Of a DNA stretch of 64,000 nt, positions 40,127 through 50,765 are shown one piece after another. The notes beneath the pieces are model-generated. The model searched no databases, was not told the DNA's origin, and saw nothing but the letters and a program-made list of their open reading frames with translations. This DNA is from Alphaproteobacteria bacterium (GTDB taxonomy: Bacteria; Pseudomonadota; Alphaproteobacteria; UBA828), in the NCBI GenBank assembly GCA_965221125.1, contig CBDCRW010000003.1, positions 352,001 through 416,000 of the forward strand. The letters run 5' to 3'. The translations under genes and the position numbers were made by a program. The first letter of the stretch is position 1, and the number at the start of each line of letters is the position of its first letter.

Positions 40127-41149
40127 TCAGGCGGCGACGGGAAGCCGGTAGGTCTCCTTCCTCGTCTCCAGCGCCCACACGATACGCGCCATGCGGTTGG
40201 CCAGGGCCACCGCGACCAGCATCCTCGGCTTGCGCGCCAGCATCCTGGCCAGCCAGGGGTCAGCCGTCTCGCCGCGTCGAATCGCGTGCCTGACAACCGT
40301 CATGGCGCCCGTGATCAGGAGGCGCCTGAGGTCGCGCTGGCCCATCCTCGATATCTTGCCCAGCCTCGGCTTGCCGCCCGTCGTGTGCTGGCGCGGCACG
40401 AGGCCGAGCCAGGCGGAGAAATCGCGCCCGCGCCGGAAGCTCTCCATCGGCGGTGCAAAGGCCTGGAGCGCCATCGCACAGATCGGACCGATCCCGGGGA
40501 TCGTCATGAGCCGCATCGCCTCTTCGTCCTGGCGCGCGCTCGCCTGAAGCGCCTTCCCAAGGCTGTCGATCTTCGCACTGAGCACGGCGATCTGCTCGAG
40601 GAGAAGGCCGGCCAACTCCCGAACCTGCTCCGGCAAGTCGCAACCCGGGGCTTCCAGCGCCACAGCCAGCCGACCGACATGAGCCGGTCCCTTGGGCGCG
40701 ATCACGCCGAACTCCGCCAGGTGGCCCCTCAGCGCGTTGATCGTCTGCGTCCGCTGACGCACCAGAAGATCGCGCGTGCGGAACAACATCGCCCGGGCCT
40801 GCTGATCCTGCGTCTTCACCGCCACCAAGCGCATGCTCGGCCGCTGCGCGGCTTCGCAGATCGCCTCCGCGTCCGCCGCGTCGTTCTTCTGCCGCTTCAC
40901 ATACGGCTTGACGTAGATCGGCGGGATCAACCTCACGTCGTGGCCAAGCTCATGGAACGCCCGGCCCCAGTGGTGTGCACTCGCGCAAGCCTCCATCGCC
41001 ACTTCACAACGCGGCCGAGAGGCCAGAAAGCTCTCAAGCTTCTCCCGGCTCAGCTTCTTGCGGAATGCAACCGACCCGTCTGCCCGAACACCGTGAAGCT
41101 GAAAGCTGCGCTTCGCCAGATCGATCCCGATGATGCTAACCTCTTCCAT
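40127..41149 (-). CDS. IS110 family transposase (DEDD recombinase)
   Basis: IGIDLAK, AMEAC, KNDAADAEAI, TIPGIGP, WLGLVPRQHTTGGK; GGAGG RBS. Confidence 0.96.
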   Translation of the reverse strand: MEEVSIIGIDLAKRSFQLHGVRADGSVAFRKKLSREKLESFLASRPRCEVAMEACASAHHWGRAFHELGHDVRLIPPIYVKPYVKRQKNDAADAEAICEAAQRPSMRLVAVKTQDQQARAMLFRTRDLLVRQRTQTINALRGHLAEFGVIAPKGPAHVGRLAVALEAPGCDLPEQVRELAGLLLEQIAVLSAKIDSLGKALQASARQDEEAMRLMTIPGIGPICAMALQAFAPPMESFRRGRDFSAWLGLVPRQHTTGGKPRLGKISRMGQRDLRRLLITGAMTVVRHAIRRGETADPWLARMLARKPRMLVAVALANRMARIVWALETRKETYRLPVAA

Positions 41150-41268
41150 GGATGCCTCCTCCTTCAGGGGGTTGAAACACAACACCACCTTGGCACATTG
41201 CGATGCCGTCAGGAGGGGGCGTCCATTCCATCAACAATTAGGGGGTCGGGAAACGCCGTGGCGGCCGC

Positions 41269-42303
41269 TCAGCGCCGGCCGGCGCCGAGCAGCTTCTCCG
41301 CCTCCACCTGGAAGTCGTCGAAGTAGTCGAGCGCCTCGTGCCCGCGCAGCGCTTCGCGATGCTTGAAGCAGTTTACGGTGTGCCCCTCGGCCACCGTGTC
41401 TTCCTTGGGCATCTCGCTCCGGCACTTGTCGTCGGCGAAGGGGCAGCGGCCGGCAAGGTAGCAGCCGGTCGGCAGGTCGATCGGGCTCGGGATCTCGCCG
41501 GCGAGGTCGACCGCGCTGTCGCGCTTGAGGTTCGGGTTGGGCAGGAGGACGGAGGAGAGCAGACCCACGCTGTAGGGATGGCGCGGGTGGCTGAAGAGTT
41601 CCTTCGCCGTCCCCAGCTCCACGATCATGCCGAGGTACATCACCGCGACCCGGTGGCTGAGGTAGCGCACGGTGCTGAGGTCGTGGCTGATGAAGAGGTA
41701 GGCGGTCTCCAACTCCTGCTGCAGGCGGATCAGGAGGTCGATGATCTCCGCCCGCGCCGTGGGATCGAGCGCCGACGTGGGCTCGTCGAGGACGATCAGC
41801 TCGGGGTCGGTGACGATGGCGCGCGCGATGCCGACGCGCTGCTGCTGGCCGGCGCTCAGCTCAGCCGGGAACTGCTCCAGCGTCGAATCGCGCAGGCCCA
41901 CGCGGCGCGCGACCTCGCGCACGCGCTTGCGCTGGTCGGGGCGGGAGATGCCCATGGAGCGCAGCGGCTCGGCGATGGTGTTGCCGATCCGCACCTGCGG
42001 GTCGAGGGACTCGGCGGGCTCCTGAAAGACGAGCTGCAGCTTGCCGCGCAGCTCGCGCGAGCGGATGTTGCGCCGCTTGTCGATGGGTCTGCCGTGGAAG
42101 CCGATGGAGCCGTCGGTCGACTTGATGAGGCCGAGCACGCAGCGGCCGACGGTGGTCTTGCCCGAGCCCGATTCCCCCACCAGCGAGAGCGTCTCTCCCC
42201 TGGCGACCGAGAAGCTCACCCCGTTCACCGCCTGCACCACCGAGCGCGAGCCCGCGATGGGGAAGTGCTTGACCAGCCCGTCGACGGTCAGCACGGCGCT
42301 CAT
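41269..42303 (-). CDS. Dipeptide/oligopeptide ABC ATP-binding protein (DppF-like)
   Basis: GESGSGKT, LSAGQQQRV, DEPTSALD, HPYS, C..AGRCP. Confidence 0.93.
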   Translation of the reverse strand: MSAVLTVDGLVKHFPIAGSRSVVQAVNGVSFSVARGETLSLVGESGSGKTTVGRCVLGLIKSTDGSIGFHGRPIDKRRNIRSRELRGKLQLVFQEPAESLDPQVRIGNTIAEPLRSMGISRPDQRKRVREVARRVGLRDSTLEQFPAELSAGQQQRVGIARAIVTDPELIVLDEPTSALDPTARAEIIDLLIRLQQELETAYLFISHDLSTVRYLSHRVAVMYLGMIVELGTAKELFSHPRHPYSVGLLSSVLLPNPNLKRDSAVDLAGEIPSPIDLPTGCYLAGRCPFADDKCRSEMPKEDTVAEGHTVNCFKHREALRGHEALDYFDDFQVEAEKLLGAGRR

Positions 42304-43319
42304 GCCACCCGCTCCACCGGAAAGTGGCAGCGCACGTGGTGGCGGGCGCCGAGCTCGCGCAGGTCGGGATGGCGCTCGTCGCATTCGTCCTCGCGGTGGA
42401 CGCAGCGGGGCGCGTACTGGCAGGCCCGCCCGGCCACCGCTTCGGTCGACGCAAGCGGCTTGTGCCACTTGTTCCTGAGCGCCGGGTTGTGGGCGAAGGC
42501 GGCGAGCAGCATGACGCTGTACGGATGCTGCGGGTTGTCGAAGAAGCTCGCGGTCTCCGCGAACTCGACGATCTCGCCCCGGTAGATCACGGCGACCCGG
42601 TCGCAGAAGTGCGCCGTGATGCCGATGTCGCGGGTGATGAAGAGCATCGAGGTGTCGTGCTCGCGGACGAGCGTGCGCAGCAGGTCGAGCACCTGCGCCT
42701 GCACCGTCACGTCGAGGCCGCTGGTGGCGTCGTCCGAAATCACGAACTTGGGCGAGCAGACCAGCGAGATCGCCATCACCACCCGCTGCGCCATGCCGCC
42801 GCTCAGCTCGTGCGGGAAGGCGCGGAAGCGCCGCGTGGGGTCGGGGATGTGCACCGCCTTCAGCATGTCGAGCGCCATCTCGTCGGCCTCGGCGCGGCCG
42901 ATGTCGAGGTGGGCGCGGGCCACGGCGGCGATCTGCTTGCCGACCGGGATCAGCGGGTCGAGCTCGCTGCGGGGGTTCGGGATCACCATGGCGATGTCCC
43001 GGCCGCGTATCGCCCTGAGCTGGTTCTCAGACAGCGTCCGCATGTCCTTGCCGTCGAACCGGATCGAGCCGCCGTCGATGCGGCCGGGCTGGGTGAGCAG
43101 CCCCATCACCGCGCGGGCGAGCGTCGTCTTGCCGGAGCCGGATTCGCCCACCAGCCCCACGATCTCGCCTGAGCGCACGCTGAGGTCGAGGTCGCGCACC
43201 GCGCGCACCGGCTCCTCCTCGTAGACCGGGTAGGTGACGTTGAGCCCGGCGATGTCGAGCATCCCGGCCCCCGGCGCGCCCGCCTGCCTTGCCACGGTCG
43301 TCTCGCCGGCGGCGGCCAT
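42300..43319 (-). CDS. Dipeptide/oligopeptide ABC ATP-binding protein (DppD-like)
   Basis: GESGSGKT, FPHELSGGMAQR, DDATSGLD. Confidence 0.93.
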   Translation of the reverse strand: MAAAGETTVARQAGAPGAGMLDIAGLNVTYPVYEEEPVRAVRDLDLSVRSGEIVGLVGESGSGKTTLARAVMGLLTQPGRIDGGSIRFDGKDMRTLSENQLRAIRGRDIAMVIPNPRSELDPLIPVGKQIAAVARAHLDIGRAEADEMALDMLKAVHIPDPTRRFRAFPHELSGGMAQRVVMAISLVCSPKFVISDDATSGLDVTVQAQVLDLLRTLVREHDTSMLFITRDIGITAHFCDRVAVIYRGEIVEFAETASFFDNPQHPYSVMLLAAFAHNPALRNKWHKPLASTEAVAGRACQYAPRCVHREDECDERHPDLRELGARHHVRCHFPVERVA

Positions 43320-43321
43320 TC

Positions 43322-44332
43322 TCAGCCCCTGATCCGCGGGTCGATGGCGAAGTAGATCAGGTCCACCACCAGGTAGATGATGAGCGAGAGGATCGCCGAG
43401 AAGAGCACGAAGCCCAGCACCGGGTTGATGTCGGCGTTGAGCACGCCCTGCACCGCGTACTGGCCCGCGCCGCCCCAGCTGAAGACGATCTCCACCAGCA
43501 CCGCGCCGCCGATGAGGAAGCCGTAGAGCACGCTCACGATGGTGACCACGGAAGGCAGCGAGTTGCGGAAAGCCTTGCGGATCACGATGCGCTTCGGCAG
43601 CCCGCACATCTCCGCGTAGCGGATCAGGTCGGATTCCAGCATCCGCTCCATGGTCGCCTGGGTCATCTTGAGGATCGGCCCCGCGTTGATGACGGCGAGC
43701 GTGACCACCGGCAGCACCAGGTGGCCGAGCGTCGACCAGAGCGCCTGCCAGTTGCCGGCAATCAGGCTGTCGATGATGAGGAAGTTGGTGACCGGCGCCG
43801 GCGGCAGCACCGCGAAGTCGATGCGGCCTAACGGCGCCGGCGCCACCTGCATGATCGTGTAGAAGAGGTAGATCAGGATCAGCCCGAGCCAGAAGTCCGG
43901 CAAGGAGCCGGCGAGCAGGCCGTAGTAGTCGGAGAACTTCTTGACGATCGAGCGCTTGAAGTAGGCGGCGGCGACGCCGAGCGGAATGCCGATCAGCAAA
44001 GCCAGCAGGAGCGAGAGCGTGATCAGCTCCAGCGTCGCGGGGAAGCGGATGGCGAGATCGTCGAAGACGGGCTTCGTGGTCTGCCACGAGGTGCCGAGGT
44101 CGCCCTGCACCAGGTTTTGCAGGTAGATCCAGAACTGGTCGATGATCGTGCCTTCGAGCCCCATCTCCGCGTTGAGCATGGCGATCTGCTGCTCGGTCGC
44201 GAACGGGCCCAGCATCATCACCGCCGGATCGCCGGGGATCAGCTTCACCAGCAGGAAGCTCACCAGGATGATCCCGAAGAGCTGCGGGCCGATGAAGAGG
44301 AAGCGGCGGCCGATGTAGCGGAGGATGCGCAT
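43322..44332 (-). CDS. Peptide/nickel ABC permease (DppB-like)
   Basis: LIPGDPA, GDLGTS, FPATLEL, VEIVFSWGG. Confidence 0.93.
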   Translation of the reverse strand: MRILRYIGRRFLFIGPQLFGIILVSFLLVKLIPGDPAVMMLGPFATEQQIAMLNAEMGLEGTIIDQFWIYLQNLVQGDLGTSWQTTKPVFDDLAIRFPATLELITLSLLLALLIGIPLGVAAAYFKRSIVKKFSDYYGLLAGSLPDFWLGLILIYLFYTIMQVAPAPLGRIDFAVLPPAPVTNFLIIDSLIAGNWQALWSTLGHLVLPVVTLAVINAGPILKMTQATMERMLESDLIRYAEMCGLPKRIVIRKAFRNSLPSVVTIVSVLYGFLIGGAVLVEIVFSWGGAGQYAVQGVLNADINPVLGFVLFSAILSLIIYLVVDLIYFAIDPRIRG

Positions 44333-44341
44333 CGCCCAGAC

Positions 44342-45292
44342 CTACGCGGGCTTCTTCTTTTCGCGGAGCGTGCCGGCGAGCGCGCGCCTGCGTGCTGGGT
44401 CCGCCAGCACCTCGACGCTCGCGCCGACCAGCGCGAAGCCGAACACGGTGACCGCGAGCGCGATGCCGGGGAAGACGGAGGGCCACCACTGGCCGGTGAT
44501 GATGTTCTGGAAGCCCATGGCGATCATGCTGCCCCATTCGGGCGTCGGCGCGACCACGCCGGCGCCGACGAAGCTCAAGGCCGCCGTCAGCAGGATCGAC
44601 CAGCCGATGTTGACCGAGAGCTGGGCCAGGATCGGCGCCATCGAATTCGGGATGATGTGGCGCAGCATGATCATCAGGTCGGAGGCGCCGGAGACGTAGG
44701 ACGCCTCGACGTAGCGCATGTTGCGGATCGCCAGCACCTGGCTCCGCATGAGGCGGAGGTAGATCGGCGCGTTCACGAAGGCGATGGCGGCGATGATGCT
44801 CTCCAGGCTCTGACCGAAGATCGCCACCAGCGCGATCGCGAAGACGAAGACGGGGAAGGCCTGCAGCACGTCCGCCGCGCGCATGACGAAGCCCGCGCCG
44901 AAGGAGCCGAAGCCGCCGCCTTCCTGGTAGTAGCCCACCACCGCGCCGATGAAGGAGCCCACGACGGCCGAGATCATCGTGCCCGCGAGCGCGATGGTGA
45001 GGTCGATGCGCGGCGCGTAGACGATGCGGCTGAAGATATCCATGCCGGTCGCATCGGTGCCGAAGAGATGCCGCCAGCTCGGCCCCTGCAGGAAGTCGAC
45101 CGGGTTCGCGACCTCGGGCTCGTAGGGCGCGATCAGCGGCGCGAAGATGGCGAGAACGAAGACCAGAAGAACGATGACGTAGCCGAGCGCGAACAGCGGC
45201 CGCGCCCGCAGCACGGCCAGCAGGAAGCGGAGCGCGTAGACGAAGGCTTCCCAGCGGCTGCGCTCGGAATGTCCGGCGGTGATGTCCGTCAT
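44342..45292 (-). CDS. Peptide/nickel ABC permease (DppC-like)
   Basis: HLFGTD..GMDIFSR, YVEAS, PTPEWG. Confidence 0.93.
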   Translation of the reverse strand: MTDITAGHSERSRWEAFVYALRFLLAVLRARPLFALGYVIVLLVFVLAIFAPLIAPYEPEVANPVDFLQGPSWRHLFGTDATGMDIFSRIVYAPRIDLTIALAGTMISAVVGSFIGAVVGYYQEGGGFGSFGAGFVMRAADVLQAFPVFVFAIALVAIFGQSLESIIAAIAFVNAPIYLRLMRSQVLAIRNMRYVEASYVSGASDLMIMLRHIIPNSMAPILAQLSVNIGWSILLTAALSFVGAGVVAPTPEWGSMIAMGFQNIITGQWWPSVFPGIALAVTVFGFALVGASVEVLADPARRRALAGTLREKKKPA

Positions 45293-45397
45293 CGCTGGTG
45301 CGACACGCTCATGGCGTGGGCAAGGTTTCGCTCAGAAATTTCGGGATGCGGGCGGGCCGCGCCGCCGCGGGTGGCGACGCGGCCCGGATAACACCCC

Positions 45398-47065
45398 TTA
45401 CGCCTCCCGACTGAAGTCCTGGAAGCGGATGTTGTTGGAGGTGTAGTAGGTCCACCCCTTGATGTCGGAGCGGCGCGCCATCGAGTAGTTGGTGAAGGCG
45501 ACGAACACCCAAGGCGCCTCGCGCATCACGATCTGCTGCACCTCGTCCATCATGTCGAGGCGTGCATCCATGTCGCTGGTCTGCGCCGCGGCGTCGATCA
45601 GCTCGTCCACCCGGGCGTTCTCGTAGTTCGAGTAGTTGATGAACGACTTGGAGTGGAAGTAGAGGTTCATCGAGTAGCCCGGATCCGGGCACCACGGCGA
45701 GTCGTAGTAGAAGATCATCGGCTGCTTGCGCTCGGAGACGTTGTTGTAGAACGTCGATGCCGGAATCTTCTTGAGTTGAAGGTTGACCCCGATCTCCTTG
45801 AGCGCGCTCTGGAAGAGGATCGCGGTGGTCTCCTGCGTCGTCACCGCGGCGTTGTAGCCGAGCGTGGTGTCGAAGCCGTCGCCGTATCCGGCCCCCTTGA
45901 GCAGCTCCCGCGCGTGGTCGAGATTCTGGGTCTCGTATTCCGAGTAGTCCCCGTTGAAGCCCGGATAGATGTCGGGCATGCAGCCGGTGAGCGGGCTCGC
46001 CAGGTTCTGGAAAACGGTCGAGATGACCTGCTCCTGCGGGAATGCGAAGTTCATCGCACGGCGCACGTCGATGTTGTCGAAGGGCTCGATCTTGGCGTTG
46101 AGCTCGATGAGCAGCTTGAAGGTCGCGCGGACCGTGTCGACACTCACACCCGGTGCGTTCGCGAGCTGCACCAGCTCGAGCGGCTGCAGGTATTGCGCGA
46201 TGTCCACCGCGCCGCCTTGCAGAAGCTGCGCCCGGTTGGCCGAAGTCGGCACCTCGCGCAGGATCACCGTGTCCATCGCGGGCTTGCCGCCGTAGTAGTC
46301 GTCGCGCGCCTTGTAGACCGCCTGCGCCCCGCGCGTGAGCTGCTCGATGCGGTAGGGGCCGAAGCCGGCGGTGTCGTTCTTCAAGAACTCCTTGGCCCAC
46401 GGGTCGTCCGCGCCGCCGGCCTCCTGGCACTTCGTCGAATCGTAGATCGGGTTGTAGAGGTTGGGCTGCAGCTTCAGCAGCAGCGGGTTCGGATGGTCGA
46501 GGTTGAAGGAGACGACGTACTTGTCCTCGGCCTTGATCTGCTCCTTCCGCTTGAGGCTGATGGTGTTGGCGAAGAAGCCGCCGATGGCGCCCAGCTCCAG
46601 CTTGCGGTGCCAGGTCCAGACCACGTCCTCGGCGGTGAGCTCGTTGCCCCAGTTGCTCTTGACGCCCTCCCTCAGCTTGAAACGGATCCACTGGCTGTTG
46701 GGGTCGATCTCCCAGCTTTCCGCGAGCTTGCCCCTCATGTTCACGCGGCCCGGGCGGTCGGGATAGTCCTTGATGTCCTCGCGCAGCGCGTCCGGGTCGT
46801 CGGGGTCGGGGATTTTCTCGAATTCGACGAGCGAATCGTAGCAGGCGGCCACCGATTCGAAGGTGCCGAGGCTTACGTCGTATTCGCTGTCGAGGCTCTG
46901 CGGCGTCGCCGGCGAGGCGAGCACCAGCGTCGACGCCCGGTCCTGCGCCATGGCGTCGCGGCCTGCGATCGCGCCCGGCACCGCCGCCGCTGCGGCCGCC
47001 GCCGTCGTGCCCTTGAGGAAGGTGCGCCGGTCCAGCGACCAGCGGTTGTCCGTCGAAGTCGTCAT
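45398..47065 (-). CDS. Tat-exported family 5 ABC substrate-binding protein
   Basis: DRRTFLKG Tat motif, LAESWE, FKLREGV, GFGPY, VRRAMN. Confidence 0.92.
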   Translation of the reverse strand: MTTSTDNRWSLDRRTFLKGTTAAAAAAAVPGAIAGRDAMAQDRASTLVLASPATPQSLDSEYDVSLGTFESVAACYDSLVEFEKIPDPDDPDALREDIKDYPDRPGRVNMRGKLAESWEIDPNSQWIRFKLREGVKSNWGNELTAEDVVWTWHRKLELGAIGGFFANTISLKRKEQIKAEDKYVVSFNLDHPNPLLLKLQPNLYNPIYDSTKCQEAGGADDPWAKEFLKNDTAGFGPYRIEQLTRGAQAVYKARDDYYGGKPAMDTVILREVPTSANRAQLLQGGAVDIAQYLQPLELVQLANAPGVSVDTVRATFKLLIELNAKIEPFDNIDVRRAMNFAFPQEQVISTVFQNLASPLTGCMPDIYPGFNGDYSEYETQNLDHARELLKGAGYGDGFDTTLGYNAAVTTQETTAILFQSALKEIGVNLQLKKIPASTFYNNVSERKQPMIFYYDSPWCPDPGYSMNLYFHSKSFINYSNYENARVDELIDAAAQTSDMDARLDMMDEVQQIVMREAPWVFVAFTNYSMARRSDIKGWTYYTSNNIRFQDFSREA

Positions 47066-47149
47066 GTTGATCTCCCCTGATGAATCGTGCAGTGCCGGTG
47101 GCCCCGCAGCCCGTGCCAATATAGGCGAACGTGCAGCCCGGCGCGACGG

Positions 47150-48172
47150 TCAACAGGCAAAGGCGCCTATCATCGCCTCGTGGTTGGCGCGCGTTTCCTT
47201 CGGGCCGGCCGCCAGTATCGGACAGGCGAGGATCACGGTGCCGATGAGGCCCTCGAAGGGCCGGAGCTGCGCGCGCACCTCCTCCGGCGTTCCCGCCAGG
47301 ACCAGCGCATCGATCATGTCCTCCGTCACCGCGTCCAGCATGGCAGGGAGGTCGTCTCGCGCATGGGCCGCGCGAATGCGCTCCTTCTGCTCGGCAAAAC
47401 CCGCCGGATCGAGGACGATATCGAAGTAGTCCAGCGTCGCGTAGAAGGCGATGGCATGCCTGGCGAGCGCGCGGGCCCGCGCGCGGTCCTCGTGCACCGC
47501 GCAGGCCTTGAGCGCGGCGATTTCGAAGGGAGCGCCCGAGCGCCCCGCCTTCGCCATGCCGGCGGCGATTTGCGGCCGCACGATGTCGCGGAAGTAGGCC
47601 GGGGTGTTGAGCGTGTTGGCGAGCAGGCCATCGCCAACCTCGCCGGCCAATTCCAGCATCCGTTCCCGTACGGCTGCGAGGTAGATCGGCACCGCCGGGC
47701 AGGGCGCCGGGATGAAGCGCCGGTAGCCGCGAACGCTGACGAACCGGCCGTCATAGTCGACGGCCTCCGTCGGACTCGCGGTCCACATTCTGCGGATGCA
47801 TTGGACATACTCGCGCATGCGAGTCACGGGCTTGTAGTCGGTGAGCCCGTGCCAGTCCCTGTTCCACTCCCGAGGTGCGGTGCCGAGTCCCAAGACGAAA
47901 TTGTGGCCGGTCAGCTCGGCCATGGTCATGGCGGCGGTCTCGGTGTGCATCGGCGGGCGCGCGAACGTGGCGACGGCCGTCCCCAATCGTACAGACTTGA
48001 CGACACCGCCCATGGCAGCGAGCGGCGTGAAGGCATCGCGTCCCAGATCGCTCGACCAGAGGCTGTCCGCGCCGGCTTCCTCGGCCATGCGGGCGTAGCG
48101 GAGAATCTCGTCCAGCGACAGGTTGTCGCCGTTGAAGAGCACGCCCCACTTGATCCGGCGCTCAGCGGCCAC
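47150..48172 (-). CDS. LLM-class flavin/F420-dependent oxidoreductase
   Basis: AEEAGADSLW, RLGTAV, FVLGLG, PIYLAA, AGEVGDG, LAGTPEEV. Confidence 0.88.
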   Translation of the reverse strand: MAAERRIKWGVLFNGDNLSLDEILRYARMAEEAGADSLWSSDLGRDAFTPLAAMGGVVKSVRLGTAVATFARPPMHTETAAMTMAELTGHNFVLGLGTAPREWNRDWHGLTDYKPVTRMREYVQCIRRMWTASPTEAVDYDGRFVSVRGYRRFIPAPCPAVPIYLAAVRERMLELAGEVGDGLLANTLNTPAYFRDIVRPQIAAGMAKAGRSGAPFEIAALKACAVHEDRARARALARHAIAFYATLDYFDIVLDPAGFAEQKERIRAAHARDDLPAMLDAVTEDMIDALVLAGTPEEVRAQLRPFEGLIGTVILACPILAAGPKETRANHEAMIGAFAC

Positions 48173-48257
48173 GTCCTCACCTCCTCTCATCGGCTTTTGA
48201 CGAAGCGGCAGGTCGTCGCCGCGCCCACGCCCGTGCCTCCGGCAATCAAGACATTAA

Positions 48258-48460
48258 CCCGCATTTCTCGCCACCGACACGGTCAGGCGTGCCCTCGAAG
48301 ATAACCGCGTCACATCACTCGGGCGGTGCTTGTCGCGAACAATTTGTAGTGGAGCGATGAAGCAGCGCGGGTCGTAATGGGCGTGGAACAGCGACAGCTG
48401 ATGGCGGCCGTGCGCTGGATCTTCAGGTGTCGTCGATGTCCAGCGTGTCGGCGGTGGCAA
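48258..48460 (-). pseudogene. IS1380-family transposase remnant
   Basis: Frameshifted TLDIDDT / DPAHGRHQLSLFHAHYDPRCF resembles the IS1380 DDE region; TTAA-CCCG end like that at 63037. Confidence 0.6.
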
Positions 48461-48528
48461 GGGCGGGTGACGGAGGAGTTCTTGCCCAAGAGCGCTGGAT
48501 TTTGACCGACGCTCTCGACTGGCGGGCA

Positions 48529-49452
48529 TCAGCGCCAGCGGTCGATCCAGGGGCCGTCGACGCTGATATCGAACGAGTTCTCGTCGAGGTTGCGAAACCC
48601 TTCGAACGCCTTGGCGCGCTGCGCGAAGAAGCCGTCCCAGTCCGGCCGGAAGGCAGGGTCGCCGCCGCGGCGCATCTCCATGAGGTCGAGATAACCTTCC
48701 CAGCCGGCCGGCTCGCCGGGACGCTGCCAGCGCAGGTCGACGCTCCAGCGCACCTTGTCCGAGTGGTTCTCCAGAGAGCGGTGCGGGGTCAACTGGTTGA
48801 TGAAGAGAGCGCTGCCCAGCGCCATCTCGCAGGTCACCGTCTCGTAGCCGGCAAGGTCTCCTTCGGGGATGTAGAGGTACCAGGACTTCGGGTTGGCGAC
48901 GTCGCGCTCGATCTCGTGGGTGAACACGCCTGCCCTGTGGCCGCCCCGCTTCACCTGCATGCAGCCCGTCTCCACCGTCACGTCGAGGAAGGGGATCCAC
49001 GCGGCCGGCTGGTGCGTGCCCTCTGCCCCAGGCAACAGGTAAGCGGTGTCCTGATGCCAGGGCACGGTCATGAGCTCCGTCCGCGGCGTCTTCGAGCGCA
49101 CGTTGCAGACCGGATGGCCCGCGATATCCGGGCCGATCAGCTGCTCGACGATGGCGAGCAGCTTGGGCGAGCCCCAGAGCGAAGCGATGCCGCGCCCCAG
49201 CAGACCGCTGACGTGGAACAGCACCGCGGCCGTGCTGTGTGCGCGCTCGATGGCGGCGAGCCGCTCGAAGAAGCCGAGCCCGGCGTAAGTTTCGGGGATG
49301 CGGCCCGCGTCGAATAGCGCATCGGCCAGCGCGCCGACGTGCGCCTCGATCTCGTCGATCGCGGGCTGCAGATCGTCCGGCGTCAGCAATCCTTCCACGA
49401 TGACGAACCCGTGGTCCCGGTAATGCCGAAGCTGCTCGACCATCAGCGACAT
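48529..49452 (-). CDS. Phytanoyl-CoA dioxygenase (PhyH) family Fe(II)/2OG oxygenase
   Basis: YRDHGFVIV, PWHQD (HxD), WIPF, GCMQV, HRS..N.S..VRWS. Confidence 0.9.
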   Translation of the reverse strand: MSLMVEQLRHYRDHGFVIVEGLLTPDDLQPAIDEIEAHVGALADALFDAGRIPETYAGLGFFERLAAIERAHSTAAVLFHVSGLLGRGIASLWGSPKLLAIVEQLIGPDIAGHPVCNVRSKTPRTELMTVPWHQDTAYLLPGAEGTHQPAAWIPFLDVTVETGCMQVKRGGHRAGVFTHEIERDVANPKSWYLYIPEGDLAGYETVTCEMALGSALFINQLTPHRSLENHSDKVRWSVDLRWQRPGEPAGWEGYLDLMEMRRGGDPAFRPDWDGFFAQRAKAFEGFRNLDENSFDISVDGPWIDRWR

Positions 49453-49633
49453 GGCCGCCCTCCAAAAAATCCCACACCCCTTGCATACCGCCGCGCGCTG
49501 CCGGGGTCGAGCGTGTACGACCCCACCGCTTGCAGCCGGCTGCCATGCGTCCATCGCCGTCAGTGCTTGTGCGACGCCGGATAGCGGACGACGATGCAAG
49601 CATGTCCGCCCTCCCCCGTTCCCAGTACCGATC

Positions 49634-50749
<1,116 letters not shown>

Positions 50750-50765
50750 GACGAGGGAGACACCC

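Larger units (their letters stand above)
39856..41233 (-). mobile_element. IS110 family, IS1111-subgroup insertion sequence
   Basis: Perfect 12-bp subterminal inverted repeats ATGGACGCCCCC (39859-39870) / GGGGGCGTCCAT (41215-41226) around the transposase; outer limits approximate. Confidence 0.9.
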
